The notes under the pieces were generated by a model. It saw nothing but the letters and a program-made list of their open reading frames with translations. It did not search any database and had not been told where the DNA came from. 64,000 bases of DNA. Source: Nageia nagi. Taxonomy: Eukaryota > Plantae > Pinophyta. The position numbers and the translations under genes are program-made. The stretch spans positions 134,292,001 through 134,356,000 of the forward strand of contig JBITNC010000001.1 in NCBI GenBank assembly GCA_050084985.1, written 5' to 3'. This document shows, one piece after another, positions 38,956-51,925 of this stretch. Numbering within the stretch: the stretch's first letter is position 1; every line of letters begins with the position of its first letter.

Positions 38956-39670
38956 CTTAATGGTTTGTATTTGACAAGAGCGTCCCTTGACATTTCAAGA
39001 ATTTGGTGCCTTGCAGGCGATTTTGCTTTTTTTAATGATTCCTGGAAATCTCAATTAGAAAGGTAAGAATTTACATCACCCTCCTCTGCTTGAAAAGGGT
39101 CTCAAATAATTCAAAAGCCCACCGTACAGTATGTTCTGTTGCATAAGGAAAGTTCTTTAGCGTGCATATAGGGACCTCCGTGTGTTCTGGTGGATCTCTT
39201 GTTGAAGCATACATTTCCGAGCAATATGGAACAAATACCTGCAAAACTTTAAGCTCCCCATTCAGCTTTACAATGCATAAACAGATTCCCTTGATTGAAA
39301 ACATAATCTTCTGACAAAATACTTCTTGATCAAAATGTCTAGAGTACAGTACAAAGATGTTAATCATATATACATGTATGCTCTAAGGCTAAAGAATTAA
39401 TAATCCTATTAAAAGTAACAATTTTTATAATGCCTATGCACACAAAAACAGACATTCCTCTTTAACATTCATATTCAAAATTTCCTCAAATATATGAAGA
39501 CTTTTCATTGACCCACTCACAAAGATAGATATACTTGCCTGTACGGTGCCTTTGGTGCCATGCTTCCCTTCATCAATCATTGGCTTTCGATATGCAACGC
39601 ATCAAACATCAAGATATAACCTTGATGAAGATGTGTCAACAGCAGAAAACACACCTGCATTTTCCCAGCT
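38956..39670 (-). pseudogene. Ubiquitin-activating enzyme E1-like fragment, 2 exons (39670-39539, 39238-38956) with GC-AG intron
   Basis: WENAGVFSAVDTSSSRLYLDV*CVAYRKPMIDEGKHGTKGTVQ | VFVPYCSEMYASTRDPPEHTEVPICTLKNFPYATEHTVRWAFELFETLFKQR (frameshift) GDVNSYLSN*DFQESL..RDALVKYKPL; catalytic-Cys motif PICTLKNFP. Confidence 0.9.
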
Positions 39671-41874
39671 ATGTTCAGCAGCTTGTAATGGCCAGCATAT
39701 ATGTAATAGTGTTATATTGACAAAACCATTTCTCTAATGTTATCTTTATAAGACTACAAATGCTTATTGACAGTAAGTTTGTTAGCCACTAAGATAACAT
39801 CCATATATAAACACCCACAAGATGGATGGTGGAAAAATATCAAGGTTCTACAAGGTTGAGAAACGAGGAAATGGGGGAATGTGTATCAGGGAACGGGGGT
39901 ATAAGGAGGGTCATTTTTGGTGAACGGCAAAGGAATGACAATTATATACTAGAAAAAATTTCCAAAATTTTTAGATTTTTGATCTTTCATTGTTTCAAAT
40001 TCATTATTATTTAATATTTATCAACTCAATAATGTATACAAAACTTGAAACTGAAATTTCAAATTAGACATCAATCAACAAAATCATTTATCAAGTATGA
40101 ATCAGAATATCAAAATTAATTATGAGCATAGATCAGTCTAGTAAAAGTAAAATTGTTAAACATTAAACAGTCTATAACAATGTCAAATACTAAAATCATT
40201 CTAGAACAAAAGTAAATGAGTTTTTCTTCTCTTTGTTTTTTTCTTCTCATAGCTGCATAAAATGAAATGAGTTACATTTGGATGCATATAAAATGAAATT
40301 AGGTTTTGGGGGGTGGGGACAATGGTGGGTCCCACCCCATTCATATAAGTGTTTTCTTTTAAGTTAAAGTATTTTTTTTTTTGTTTTTTGGGTCAGCTGG
40401 ATGCCCAACCCAAGGAGAATACCTAGGCATTTTTGAGAATGGTCGAGGAAGATGCCCAACAGTTCCCTTGCCGTTCTCGGGAGTTGCAACTTCATGTCCA
40501 TCTAACAAATCACAATTGGAAGAGGCAATAAGGTTCTTCAAAAAATATCACAAGATTTACAACTTCATGTCCATCTAACAATTACACAATAATGGTTTTA
40601 TAACACCAAGAGACTTTGAATTGCAGAAGTGAAAATTCAATATGAACTCATAGCAGGAAATGTTAAACTATCTTAAAAAGAGTAGATATAATAGCCCAAA
40701 AATGAACGAAGTATGCTTTTTGTTCATGAAAGGGCTAGCTGATTGTTTCTTAAAAACGACTAGTCCTTGGACAAAGGCAAATAAGAAGCCAATAAGGAAG
40801 TCTTTGATTCTTTATATTGCATAGTATAAATAAAGGAATTTATGTGAGCAATCCATCATCTTTTGAAACTAGTATCTCTTTGGATTTAACCCAACCATCA
40901 ATGAATTCCATGGACTTCAAAAGCATATAGAAATAATATGAAACAGTGGTCATGTTACGCACCACCATGATATTCAAGCATAAATGAAGCTTTGACAACA
41001 CACAATTGAATGTCCAAATTGTCTTCAACAAGAAGCATTCTACATCATCTCCATATAACATTGTCTCTTTATGCTTGGTTGTTAGTTTTGCAATGCTAAT
41101 TTCCTGAAACTTGTATCAAGCAAGTGCATCGAGTAGGTGAAGTAGAGGTACCAGTTTATAACATGGTCAACTACCCAACCAACACACACAAGTGGACTGC
41201 TCGCTCATACAAATACAGGCATCATATTATTTGCATTGCGATTGATCTACATAAGACTGGTTAACATGGTGTGAAGTTATTACTTGACATACATATAATA
41301 ACATCAACGAGAAAATTTATTACGCCCTCCACTCACATATGATAAATGACATATTTTCTTTCCCACGTATGTATATTTCAGGTACGTCCCTCCCCATCTG
41401 AACAAACACTTGTAAAATACATTGTTTAAGCCAAACAAGCGGCACATTCCCAATTTAAGTACAAAAAGTTCTGAATCGCAAGAACATTTAGACGCTAGTA
41501 AATAGGAATCTAAGCATCAAAATGAACATGGATAAATGGCAGAAGGTTTAGAAGAATCACATGAAATAAAAACCAGTATGTGAAACTAGCGATATAGCAT
41601 TTGCGTTTGTTAAATGAATTTGGTTTAAATAAGAAAATTCACAGAAGATTTAGTTTTTTGAAGGAGATCCTTTACAAACATCTCATTTAATCCATTAAAA
41701 ATAATTGAAGGCCTAGAATTCATCCAGACAACTAAGTCATGTGTAAAAGTGGATAGTGAAGCCTCTCAATAACATTAAAAGACAGCACAAAGAAAGACTT
41801 AGACCACAGGCATACATAGATGTATCCTGATTTATTTTCTTTTGTTTTACAAACTGTAAGCTAGTTTTAAACTC

Positions 41875-42262
41875 TGGTATCACCTTATGTATAACAAGTC
41901 ACTAATGGTTCTAATATTTAAACATTGGCCTCTGAAATTAGCAAGCTACAGTACAAATTTATAATGGATCCCTGATACTATCCCTTGAAATGCAAGCCCC
42001 TCCTATTTCTCCTGAACAGTAAAAGGAAAATATAGTAATTATATTGAGGTCTATAAACCTCTAAGATGGTATCACCTTATTTATAACAAGTAACTAGTGG
42101 TTATAATATTTAAACATTGGCCTCTGAAATTAGCAAGCTACAGTACAACTTTATAATGGATCCCCAATACTACCCCTTGAAATGCAAGCCCCTCCTATTT
42201 CTCCTGAACAGTAAGGGGAAAATATAGTAATTATATTGAGGTCCATGAACCTCTAAGATGGT
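41875..42262. repeat. ~193-bp tandem duplication
   Basis: tggtatcaccttat...aacctctaaga repeated twice (41875-42066, 42067-42262), high identity. Confidence 0.95.
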
Positions 42263-42479
42263 ACAAAGGTATAAAAAGCATAATAAACAATGACATCCAA
42301 GCATATTAATCGTAGGCTACAAAATACATGGCTTTCCTTGACAGGCATTGACATTTTTTCACCAAATGTAATAAACAATTATAGTTATCCAACCAAATCA
42401 ATTCACCTTTCCCAACATCCTCAAAGCATGCACCAAACTGGAAGATTTACATCAAGGTTTATATGGGTTTCTATCACAT

Positions 42480-43790
42480 GTTGTGGTTGTGACTACCCTA
42501 GTATACATGTATGCAAGATATGGAAGTATAGAGAAGGCACACAAATTATTTGACAAAATGCATTATGCAAGCATAATTTTAAGGAATGCATTAATGATAT
42601 CAAGATTTGCACAAACCAAATACATTGAAAGGGTTTGCAAATTATTTGATAAAATACCTCATCGAAATGTAGTTTTGTGGAATGTAATAATAGTAGGATA
42701 TGTACAAAATGAATTTTCTAAAAAAGGCTCCAGAGACTTTTAAGCAAATGCAATTTTTAAGTGTAAATCCAATCTCTGCAACCTTTGCTAGAATTCTTCC
42801 AACATGTGCCTCCATAGGAGATCTTGAAGAAAGTATAGACATCCATCAAAGAGGAGTTGAAAATGATTTTTCATCACATGTTACGGTTGTGAGTTCCCTT
42901 ATATACATGTATGTAAAATATGGTAGAATACACAAGGACTAAGAACTATTTGATAAGATGTATGATGCAAATATAGTTTCATGGATTGCAATGATCATAT
43001 GATATGCATAAAATGGATTTTTTTTAAAAGACTCTAAATAGTTTTAAGCAAATGCAATTGTCAAGTGTAAATCCAATCTTTGCAACTTTTTCTAGTGTCC
43101 TTCCAACATATACCAACATGGGAGCTCTAAAAGAATGGATGGACATCAATCAAAGAATAGTTGAAAATGGTTTTTCATTCAATGTTGTGGTTGTGAATGC
43201 CTCGATAGACATATATGCAAAATGTTTTGTCAGGTGTAAAGCCAAAATCTACAACCTTTTGCAACATTGGATCAATTAAAGTAGATCCATTCCTATGTTA
43301 TTAAAATGAATTTTGATTTTGATGTGCACTTGTGAAGTTCTATTGTTGATATGTATGCAAAGTGTGAAGGATAGATGATGCACACCTAGCATTTGAAAAA
43401 TTTCCTAATCTAAATATGATGATATAGACAAGATGCCCATAAGACCTAAATTGGGTATATGGATGTATCTTCTTATTGCTTGTAGATCACTTAAGGATAT
43501 ATATATAGGAATAGGTGAATTTGTGGTAACAATCCTTTTTTGGTTGGAGCTTAAATATGCTCCATGTTATGTTCTTATTTTAAATATTTATGTTGAGGTG
43601 GATAGTTGGGATGATGTTCAAAGAGTAAGGACATTGATGAAAGATAGAGAAATCAAGAAGACACCTAGATGTTGTTGGATCGAAGTTGACAAAATGTACA
43701 TGATTTTCTTGAAGGAGACATATCACACCACAAACATAGGAAATATATAGAAAATTAGAAAAAATATGATTGAGATGAGGGCAAATTTTA
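42480..43790 (+). pseudogene. PLS-class PPR protein with E/E+ domain, pseudogene
   Basis: TTLVYMYARYGSIEKAHKLFDKM; RNVVLWNVIIVGYVQN; VNPISATFARILPTCA; MPIRPKLGIWMYLLIACR..CYVLILNIY..WDDVQRVRTLMKDREIKKTPRCCWIEV; multiple frameshifts. Confidence 0.93.
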
Positions 43791-45993
43791 GGTAGAAAGG
43801 AAACTATGTTTCATTTCATTTTTTTAAAAAGTATTGTTATTAAATATTTGTACAAATAGATAATGTTGTTTGGAATCATTCTATTATAATGTGCTTATAT
43901 TTGCATCGTTCATTTAGTCTTGAATTCTATGTAGTAATTTTTTTATAAGTTGACGCATATTATGCACTATCTATGGATAAACATATGAAGCATATTCTGG
44001 GTCGAATTAGATCATATTTTATATATCTAACTACTAAAATGTATTTCTCATATTTGATTATTGGAATTATTTAGTGATATAAGTGAAAACTCTGGTCTAT
44101 AAGGCTTTCAAAAATAACATGGTGCATGCTTTCAGGTAGAAAGGAAACTATGTTTCATTTTATTTATTTTTTTTTAAGTTGTATTACTAAATATATGTAC
44201 AAATAAACAATGTTATTGATTTTTGATATCATATTGTCAAGTGAATATAATTGCATACATATTTTGATGTAGTATTTATGAAAGCCTTATTTTTAATACT
44301 ATGAAATCATGGTATTATACTATTTTTTAGGAATCTTGTATAATTATGGTGTGAAGAGCTAGAGGAGGTGCAATAATTGTAAAGATGAAAGAAATACTTG
44401 AAGGAAATAGATATAGACAATAGACAACAGATAATAAATGTTAGAGAAGGGCTTTCAACTAACCCAATACTTTGGTATGAAGAGAGAAGAGAAAATTTTA
44501 ATTCTAATTTGCTCGTTCCTTTATCATTTTATGTAGTCATGTTTGGATCCATCCTATTTTTTTGTTCCTATATTTACATCAACCATCTGAACCTAAATTC
44601 TATGTAGTAATTTATTTATAGGTTGATGCAAATGTTGCACTTTCCATGGATAAAAGAACCAAGAATTTTTTTGGGTGGAATTAGATCATGTTTTGTATAT
44701 GTAAATAAGTGAGGTGTATAAATCTTGAAGTAATGTAGATAGTTTAGTAATACTCACTTAAGTTGAGTAGAGGATGTAAGGTATATATTAATAGAGTTAT
44801 GATTATTTGATATACCCTTTTATTATCATTATTCTATAATTTTAGTTTTACCCACACAGTCAAATAACTACCTTGGAATGACACCACCATAACTCTACTT
44901 AAATCTCATCCAATACCACTTATACTATATTGGGTTAATTATATTGTTTTATTTTTTGGACATAGGCAAAAAGAGGGATTTTTTAAATAGTGTATCAAAC
45001 CCTAATAAAAGGGATTTTTTAAATAAATTTCTAAAACTTGTATTACAAATTATTAAGCAATTATTTTAGAGACATCCTAACATATAACATGTGAATAAGC
45101 TTGGAAGAACTACCTACATAATTTCTGACATCATATTGTCAAGTGAATGTAACTACCTACATATTTTGATGTAGTATTTATGAAAGACTTATTTTAAGAC
45201 TACAAAATCATGGTGTTATACTATTTTACAAGAATATGGTATAATTATAGAGTGAAGATCTAGAGAACATAACTACCTACATGATTTCTAACATCATATA
45301 ACATGATTTCTAACATCATATAACATGATTTCTGACATCATATTATCAAGTAAATATAACTACCTACATATTTTGATGCAGTATTTATGAAAACCTTATT
45401 TTTAATACTATAGAATCATGGTATTATACTATTTTTCAAGAATCTTGTATAATTATAGAGTAAAGAGCTAGAGAAGGAGGTGCAATAATCATAAAGATGA
45501 AACAAATACTTAAAGGAAATAGAAAATAGACATCAAACAAAGAACAATAAATGTTATAGAAGGGCTTTCAAGTAACCCAATACTTTGGTATGAAGAGAGA
45601 AGAGAAAATTTTAATTCAAATTTACTCATTCATTTTTCATTTAATATAGTTATTTTATTTGATTCATCCTATTTTCTTGCTCCTATATTTACATCATCCA
45701 TATGAGCCTAAATTCTATGTAATAATATATTTATAAGTTGATGCAAATTTTGCATTATCCATGGATAAAAATACCAAGAATTGTTTGGGTAGAATTAGAT
45801 CATGGTTTGTATATTTCAATAAGTGAGGTATATAGTTCTTTAAGTGATGCAAATAGTTTAGTAATACTCAATTAAGTTAAGTAGAAGATGTAAGGTATCT
45901 AATAAAGTTGTGCTTGTTTGATTTACCATTTTATTATCATTACTATATAATTTTAGTTTTGTCCACACAGTCAAATAACTACCTTAGCATGGT

Positions 45994-48900
45994 TATGATG
46001 ATCCCAAATTGATGAATCATGCTTAAATGTGCCCTAGGAAACCTAGATGTTTGTCTTTTATCTTCAAATATAGCCAACTTAGCTCAAAATTGTAGAAACA
46101 CTCCAACATTTAGCTAACTATGATGAAATTATAGTAACAAACTAAAAAGGCTCATAAAAATCCAATGTAGTAATAGAGAAGGAAAAATAAGAATTAAAGC
46201 ATTAAATACCACTTCCCATAGGGATTTTTACGAATGGCTCTAGGGCCTCACAAATCATAGTAGCAATAAGGCCAAGCCCAAGGCTTCCCTACTTCTTTAT
46301 GATGGAACAATCAAGGTTCCTCTCTTGAATGGATAAAGTAAGCTCAAGGCTAGTCTTCAATCACATCAATATCTCAAATGAATATGTGACTCCACAAGTG
46401 GCAAAGATAGAGTTCTCACACTCAATCTGATAAAAGGGGGTTTAATAAAAATAATCAACATCCTTTTTGTAATCTAATAATCCTCCTTATATAGGAGAGG
46501 TAGTCCATCTTCTAATCTTATGTTGAGGTGATCTAACAATGCATAATGATGATTTGTATGCTCATCATGCCAACATCCAATATGGAGAACCTTGGGATGA
46601 ATGAAATCATATCCAAGGATTTAATACTACAACATTGGGATGAGGGGCCTTAAGTGTACCTTGATTTCAATTCCATGTATTGGGATTCCTCCAAGAAGGT
46701 GAAGTAGGGCCTAGGAATGCCCAAATATCCAACATGGGGATCAATTCTCCTCCAGATATCCAATATGGGTCTTAAAATGCCAAATCTATCCAACATCCAA
46801 GGGTGGGAGCTATGTGATGTCTTGAAATGATAAATATCCCTCTTTGAATGCCACGTCTAGTCTTGGAAGCTTTCCTGATGCCTCATAGACTATCTAACCA
46901 CATAGGGGGGATGCTTTACCTTGAAGAGGGAAGAACTAATGATAAGAGGATCATCTAATACCAATATTATATCCGTTAAGGCTAAATATGCAATGTCCCA
47001 TTAATTAGAGACTATTAAATTGAATTTACAAATAATAGTTACCTTGGTATCACAATTACATCATTATTGGCATACTTAACTACAAAATATATTAAATAAG
47101 GATACATTGTTCCATAATTAGAGCATCTTACTAAGTCGCTAAGTGGAACTTATAATAATTGGCCAAAAATTACTAAAATAGATAAAATCCCTCCTAAACT
47201 AATGTTCCCATTTATTAGTGGTGAAATGGGAAAAATACCATAAAAATGAAATATTACAAGTCCTCCCTTCTCAAATTGCTTATCCCTAAGAAATTCAGAA
47301 CATCTATAACTACAATAGATTCTTCTCGATCCTTATCTTCATCCTCATAGTTGATCCTAGAATTAATGAACTTTGGCTTAACTTCATCTTCCATCAACGT
47401 AGCATATATTGATTCTACAAACTATGGTTTCTTATGTAATCCTTTATCAATGAATTAATTCTTCTTAAGATTTTTCCATAAACAAAATTTATCTCCTTCT
47501 CCCTAATTAACCAATAATACAACAACTAGAAATAGAAACCAAGGGTCTTTCCCAAGTGCTAAGATGGTAGTTGAAGGTCCCAATACCATCCATTTTACCT
47601 CCTCAAATGCAACCATATTTATGATGTAAGATGAAGTATTATATAATATATAAAAATCCTCAATCTTCCTCCTTCATATGTTCTTATCAACAAATCATTG
47701 ACTTTGCTTATGCCCATATTTCTTACTAATATAGTTCCAAATGTAGCCCAAAAGTCTTCTTCAAAAATCAACATAACAATAATTCTAAACAACATTGTTT
47801 GATCCCTAAGACTTTTTTTTAAGGTAGTATAAAATGTTTCCTATAGTAGTGATTCATCCTCTTCTTCTTCATCAATTTTCTCATAAATCAACTTATCATG
47901 TGCATCTTCATTATTAATAGAGTCATTTCCCTCATCATGCTTACGAGTTGAAGTGTTCTCTTCATGATCTTCTTTTCTTGCCTCATATTGTGGGGAATCT
48001 TTAGCTATTGTCTCCTCTTATTCTATAAATGGTTTCAAATTATTTTCACATTATCTAATCATAGTCTTAACTAACTCATGTGCATCAAAAGAAGTAACCA
48101 AGTCTTATTTCTAGAAATCTAATAATATAGATATGAGTGGTTGGTAAATGCAATTACTTTCGAATATGATCAAGGTAATAATGTGTCTCATGGATATAAA
48201 AATATTATCAACATGCTCTTCTCTAGTCAAAGTAATGAAATATTGAAACATTATATAGATCAACTCATCCATGCCTAATTCTAACATGACATTGCCTATT
48301 CTAGTTTTTGCAAATATCTCAGGCATGGTAACCATCCTAGAAAATTCTGAACTTGTGATTTCTCCTAAGTTTTTAAAATCATCCACCATAAGTTTAAGCA
48401 TCTTTCTCAATGTATCATCATCATATGGAGTTTTTGATGATGAAATTCTTAAAATATCACTCAAATAATAATTGACCCTGATTCTTACTTCTTTCCTTGT
48501 GTTCTCTATCGATTTTATCTTGCTCAAAGATAAAATTATTAGAATTAAGGCTTCCTAAAATTGGGATGAACATGCCATGCACAAGCAATATTCTAGTTCA
48601 CTCCTTCCTACCTTAGAATTCCATGGTCTATGAGGAAACTCAGGTTTGAAATTATTGTGAAAGCATCTCAAACTAGATGAATTGTACCCAAGTTGAGTAT
48701 GGACTTCTCAAAGTCATAAATTGCACTCTAAAAATACAAAGAATCCCCCTAGTAATGGATGATTTTCTTTGGAGATGAGGATGAGCTATTTTGAGCCTCC
48801 TAGAAACCTAATGAATGTCTTTAAGCTTTCTTATTACCAAACAAATACCTCTTAGATTCTTAGTTTTAAATTTGCTTCTCAAAAATGTTATGCTCTTCCT

Positions 48901-51900
48901 CTAGTCCATCATCTAGCTTGTAGTACCTCAAAGTAATATGAATTTTGCCTTTTATATTTGCATCTTATATTTTCTCCAAAATTCAAATTGTGAACACAAG
49001 GACACCTCAAAAATAACACCTTATCTCTCCTAATTTTAATTTTCTTATCAAATTAAAATAATAAAAATTTCTTATTACTTGTAACTTAAATTAGGATAAA
49101 TTTCATTTTTTCTAAAATAAAATAAAATATTTATCTTTTCAAATATTTTCTCTTTTTTATTTTCCCTTATTCCTCCTTAATAAACAAAATAAAATATTTT
49201 TATCTTTTTCCACCTTATTACTCCTACCTAAAATAACTAAAACTTTCCTTTGGAAAAATTATAAATTAACTCAAATCTAGATTTTAATTCCTTCCATGGT
49301 GGAATGAATTGATCCTTGTGCCAAATCACTCAATCATATGGGTTATGGGTCCAAGAATTATCTTTTTGTCAAACTATGCCTTCTTCCAAGCTCAACATTC
49401 ATACATAATTATGAAATGATGCAAAATTAACTCCAAACTTCAGTAATATGCCAAGATCCTAAATGCCCAAGCTTAAATGATCAAATGTTTACAGATCCAT
49501 GGTGAATTGAGCTTCCTCTACACCCAACATCTCACTTATAGCTCTTAGATCTCTAAAATATTTACAAAATGACCTAATAATCATGCAAAAGTCCTCAAAA
49601 TTCAAATTTCATGGTGAAAAGTTTTTAGTACTATAATTGGATACCATTGTGATGCAAAAGCTCCTAAAAAATGGCCTCAGAATGCTAACATCCTCCTTAG
49701 TATGAATTCAAAATATAGAATAATCCTCAAAAACACCCTTCGAATACCAACATCTACCTCATAATGACATTTTTGACTTAGATCTAAGCTTCCCTGTCCT
49801 AAATAAATCTCTTATTGGCTCCTTGACACTGAAATTCATGCAAATAAACCTTAAAACTTAATGCAAAATACTATTATTATTGAAAATAACCACTCACCAA
49901 GTTATATGTTCCTCTTTGAAGCCTTAAAAATTAGAAAATGAAGGCAAACTAGGTCCAATAAATTACCAAAAAGGTGGGATCTGGCCTTAAGATCCTCCAT
50001 GTGTGTCTTTGAATGAGCTACCTTCACAAAATTTGTAGCTTCAAATCCTGCTTCAATGTTCCAAGGTCCAAATGAACTATCATTAGGGTAAAATTTAGTG
50101 TCTAGGATGCCAACGTCAATCTTTCAGGATACCAATCTAGCAAGTTTAATATCAGAACCTCAATGTCCACCCTCAAGTGTTAAAATTTTCCAAATCTCCT
50201 TAACTTTTCAAGAATACCAGTGATCTTAGGTAAATACCATAATGAAATTTGTTCAAGATCTTCCATCAAGATGATAATATCTCTTTAATAAATCCTTCTC
50301 TCTTACTTGATAAGAATGGGTAAGATCTCCTTAATAACTTCTCCTTTCTTACCCAATAGGAAAGGGCAAGATCTTCTTGAAAATGATACCATTGTGATAT
50401 AATTATGATGAATGAAATGATATCTCCTTCAACCTTCTTCCAACAGGATGGCAAGAACTTATCTTCAAATCTTCTTGCTCTTTTTAGTCCTACATTCCCA
50501 ATAGGATGGCAAGATCAAGGCTCTAATACCACTTTCATGATCCTAAATTAGTGGATCATGCTCAAAAATTCCTTAGAAGAGGGATGTTTATCTTCAGGCT
50601 TCAAATCTAGCTAACTTAACTCAAAATTGTAGAAACACTCTAACATCCAGCTAATTATAATGAAATTACACTAACAAACTAAAAATGCTCATAGAAACCC
50701 AATATAGGAATAAAGAAGGCAAAATAGGAATTAAAGCACTAAATAGCACTTCTAGATCCAACATCCAAGAAAAGAGAGATAATAGTGAATTGTAGATGAA
50801 AAATGTAATTATATTGAGATAGTAATGATAGAACCATAATTACATTATATTTTTGTTCCTAAGGATATTACACCAAGGTTACCTCTAATAGGGTTTTTAT
50901 GAATGGCTCTAGGGCCTCACTAATCATAGTAGAAATAAGGCCAAGCCCATGGTTTTCCTACTTCTCTATGATGGAATAATTAAGGTTCCTATATTGAATG
51001 GTTGGAGTAAGCTCAAGGCTAGCCTTCAATCACCTCAATATCTCAAATGCAGATGTGACTCCACAAGTGGAAAAGATAGAGTTCTCACATTCAATATGAT
51101 AAAAAGAGGGTTTATTAATAATAATCAACATCTTTTGTGTAATCCAGTAGTCCTCCTTTTATAAGAGAGGAGTCCATCTTCTAATCTTCTATTGATATGA
51201 TCCAACGGTGCATAATGGTGATCCATATGCTCATGATGCCAACATATAATATGGAGAGCCTTGGGATGAACAAAATCATATCCAAGGGACCAAATATGCA
51301 ATGTTGGGATGAGGAGGCCTTAAGTGTGCATTGATGTTAGTGCCATATGTTGAGATTCCTCCAAGAAGGTGATATGGGGCTAGGAGTACCTAGATCTTCA
51401 ACATGGGGGTCAAGTCTCCTCTAGATGTCCAACATGGGTCTTGAAATACTAAATTTATCCAACATCCAAGGGTGAGAGCTGTGTGATGTCTTAGAATGCC
51501 AAATACCCTCTTAGAATGCCATGTCTAATCTTGGAAGCTTTCTTAATACCTTGTAGTCTATGTAATCACATAGAGAGATGCTCTACCTTGAATAGGGGAT
51601 CACTAATGACAAGAGGACCATCTAATGCCAATATTATATCCATCAAGGCTAAATATGCAACATCCTATTACTTGGAGACTAATATTGCATTTATAATTAA
51701 TAGTTACCTTGGTATTACAATTCTATCATTATTGACATACTTAACTATAAAATATACTAAATAAGGGCCTATTGTTCCATAATTAGAGCATCTGACTAAG
51801 TCTCTAAGTGGAACTTACAATACTTGGCCATAAACTACTAAAATAGATAAAATCACTCATAAACTAATGTTCCCATTTATCAGTGGTGAAATGGGGAAAA

Positions 51901-51925
51901 GACCATAAAAAATGGGGACATTAAA
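45994..51925 (-). mobile_element. Non-autonomous LTR retroelement (LARD-like) carrying a PDS5 fragment
   Basis: LTRs 45994-47258 and 50533-51925; TSD atggt/atggc (empty site 'atgac' in the neighbouring repeat unit); PBS-Met tggtattagagcc (50519-50531); PPT gagaagggaggact (47259-47272); no gag/pol motifs recognised. Confidence 0.92.
48020..48580 (-). pseudogene. PDS5: Intronless PDS5 (sister chromatid cohesion protein) N-terminal HEAT-region homologue inside the LTR element
   Basis: KEVRIRVNYYLSDILRISSSKTPYDDDTLRKMLKLMVDDFKNLGEITSSEFSRMVTMPEIFAKTRIGNVMLELGMDELIYIMFQYF..EEHVDNIFISMRHIITLIIFES..PLISILL, vs recalled plant PDS5 DVKVAVASCISEITRITAPDAPYDDDQMKEIFQLIVSSFENL..ILETVAKVRSCVVMLDLECDxLIxEMFQHF..HPENVFSSMETIMTLVLEES; continues after a stop as ..AHELVKTMIR*CENNLKPFI. 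Confidence 0.88.

Noticed and set aside
39840-40500. Possible MITE/hAT derivative (gggaacggg and ccgttc subterminal motifs)
   Set aside because: No convincing TIR pair or TSD could be established
47270-48000. PDS5 Tudor domain or chromodomain downstream of the PDS5 fragment
   Set aside because: Translation shows acidic, low-complexity decayed sequence with no recognisable motif
50949-51764. ORFs of 71 and 82 aa
   Set aside because: Inside an LTR; frames disrupted in the other LTR copy
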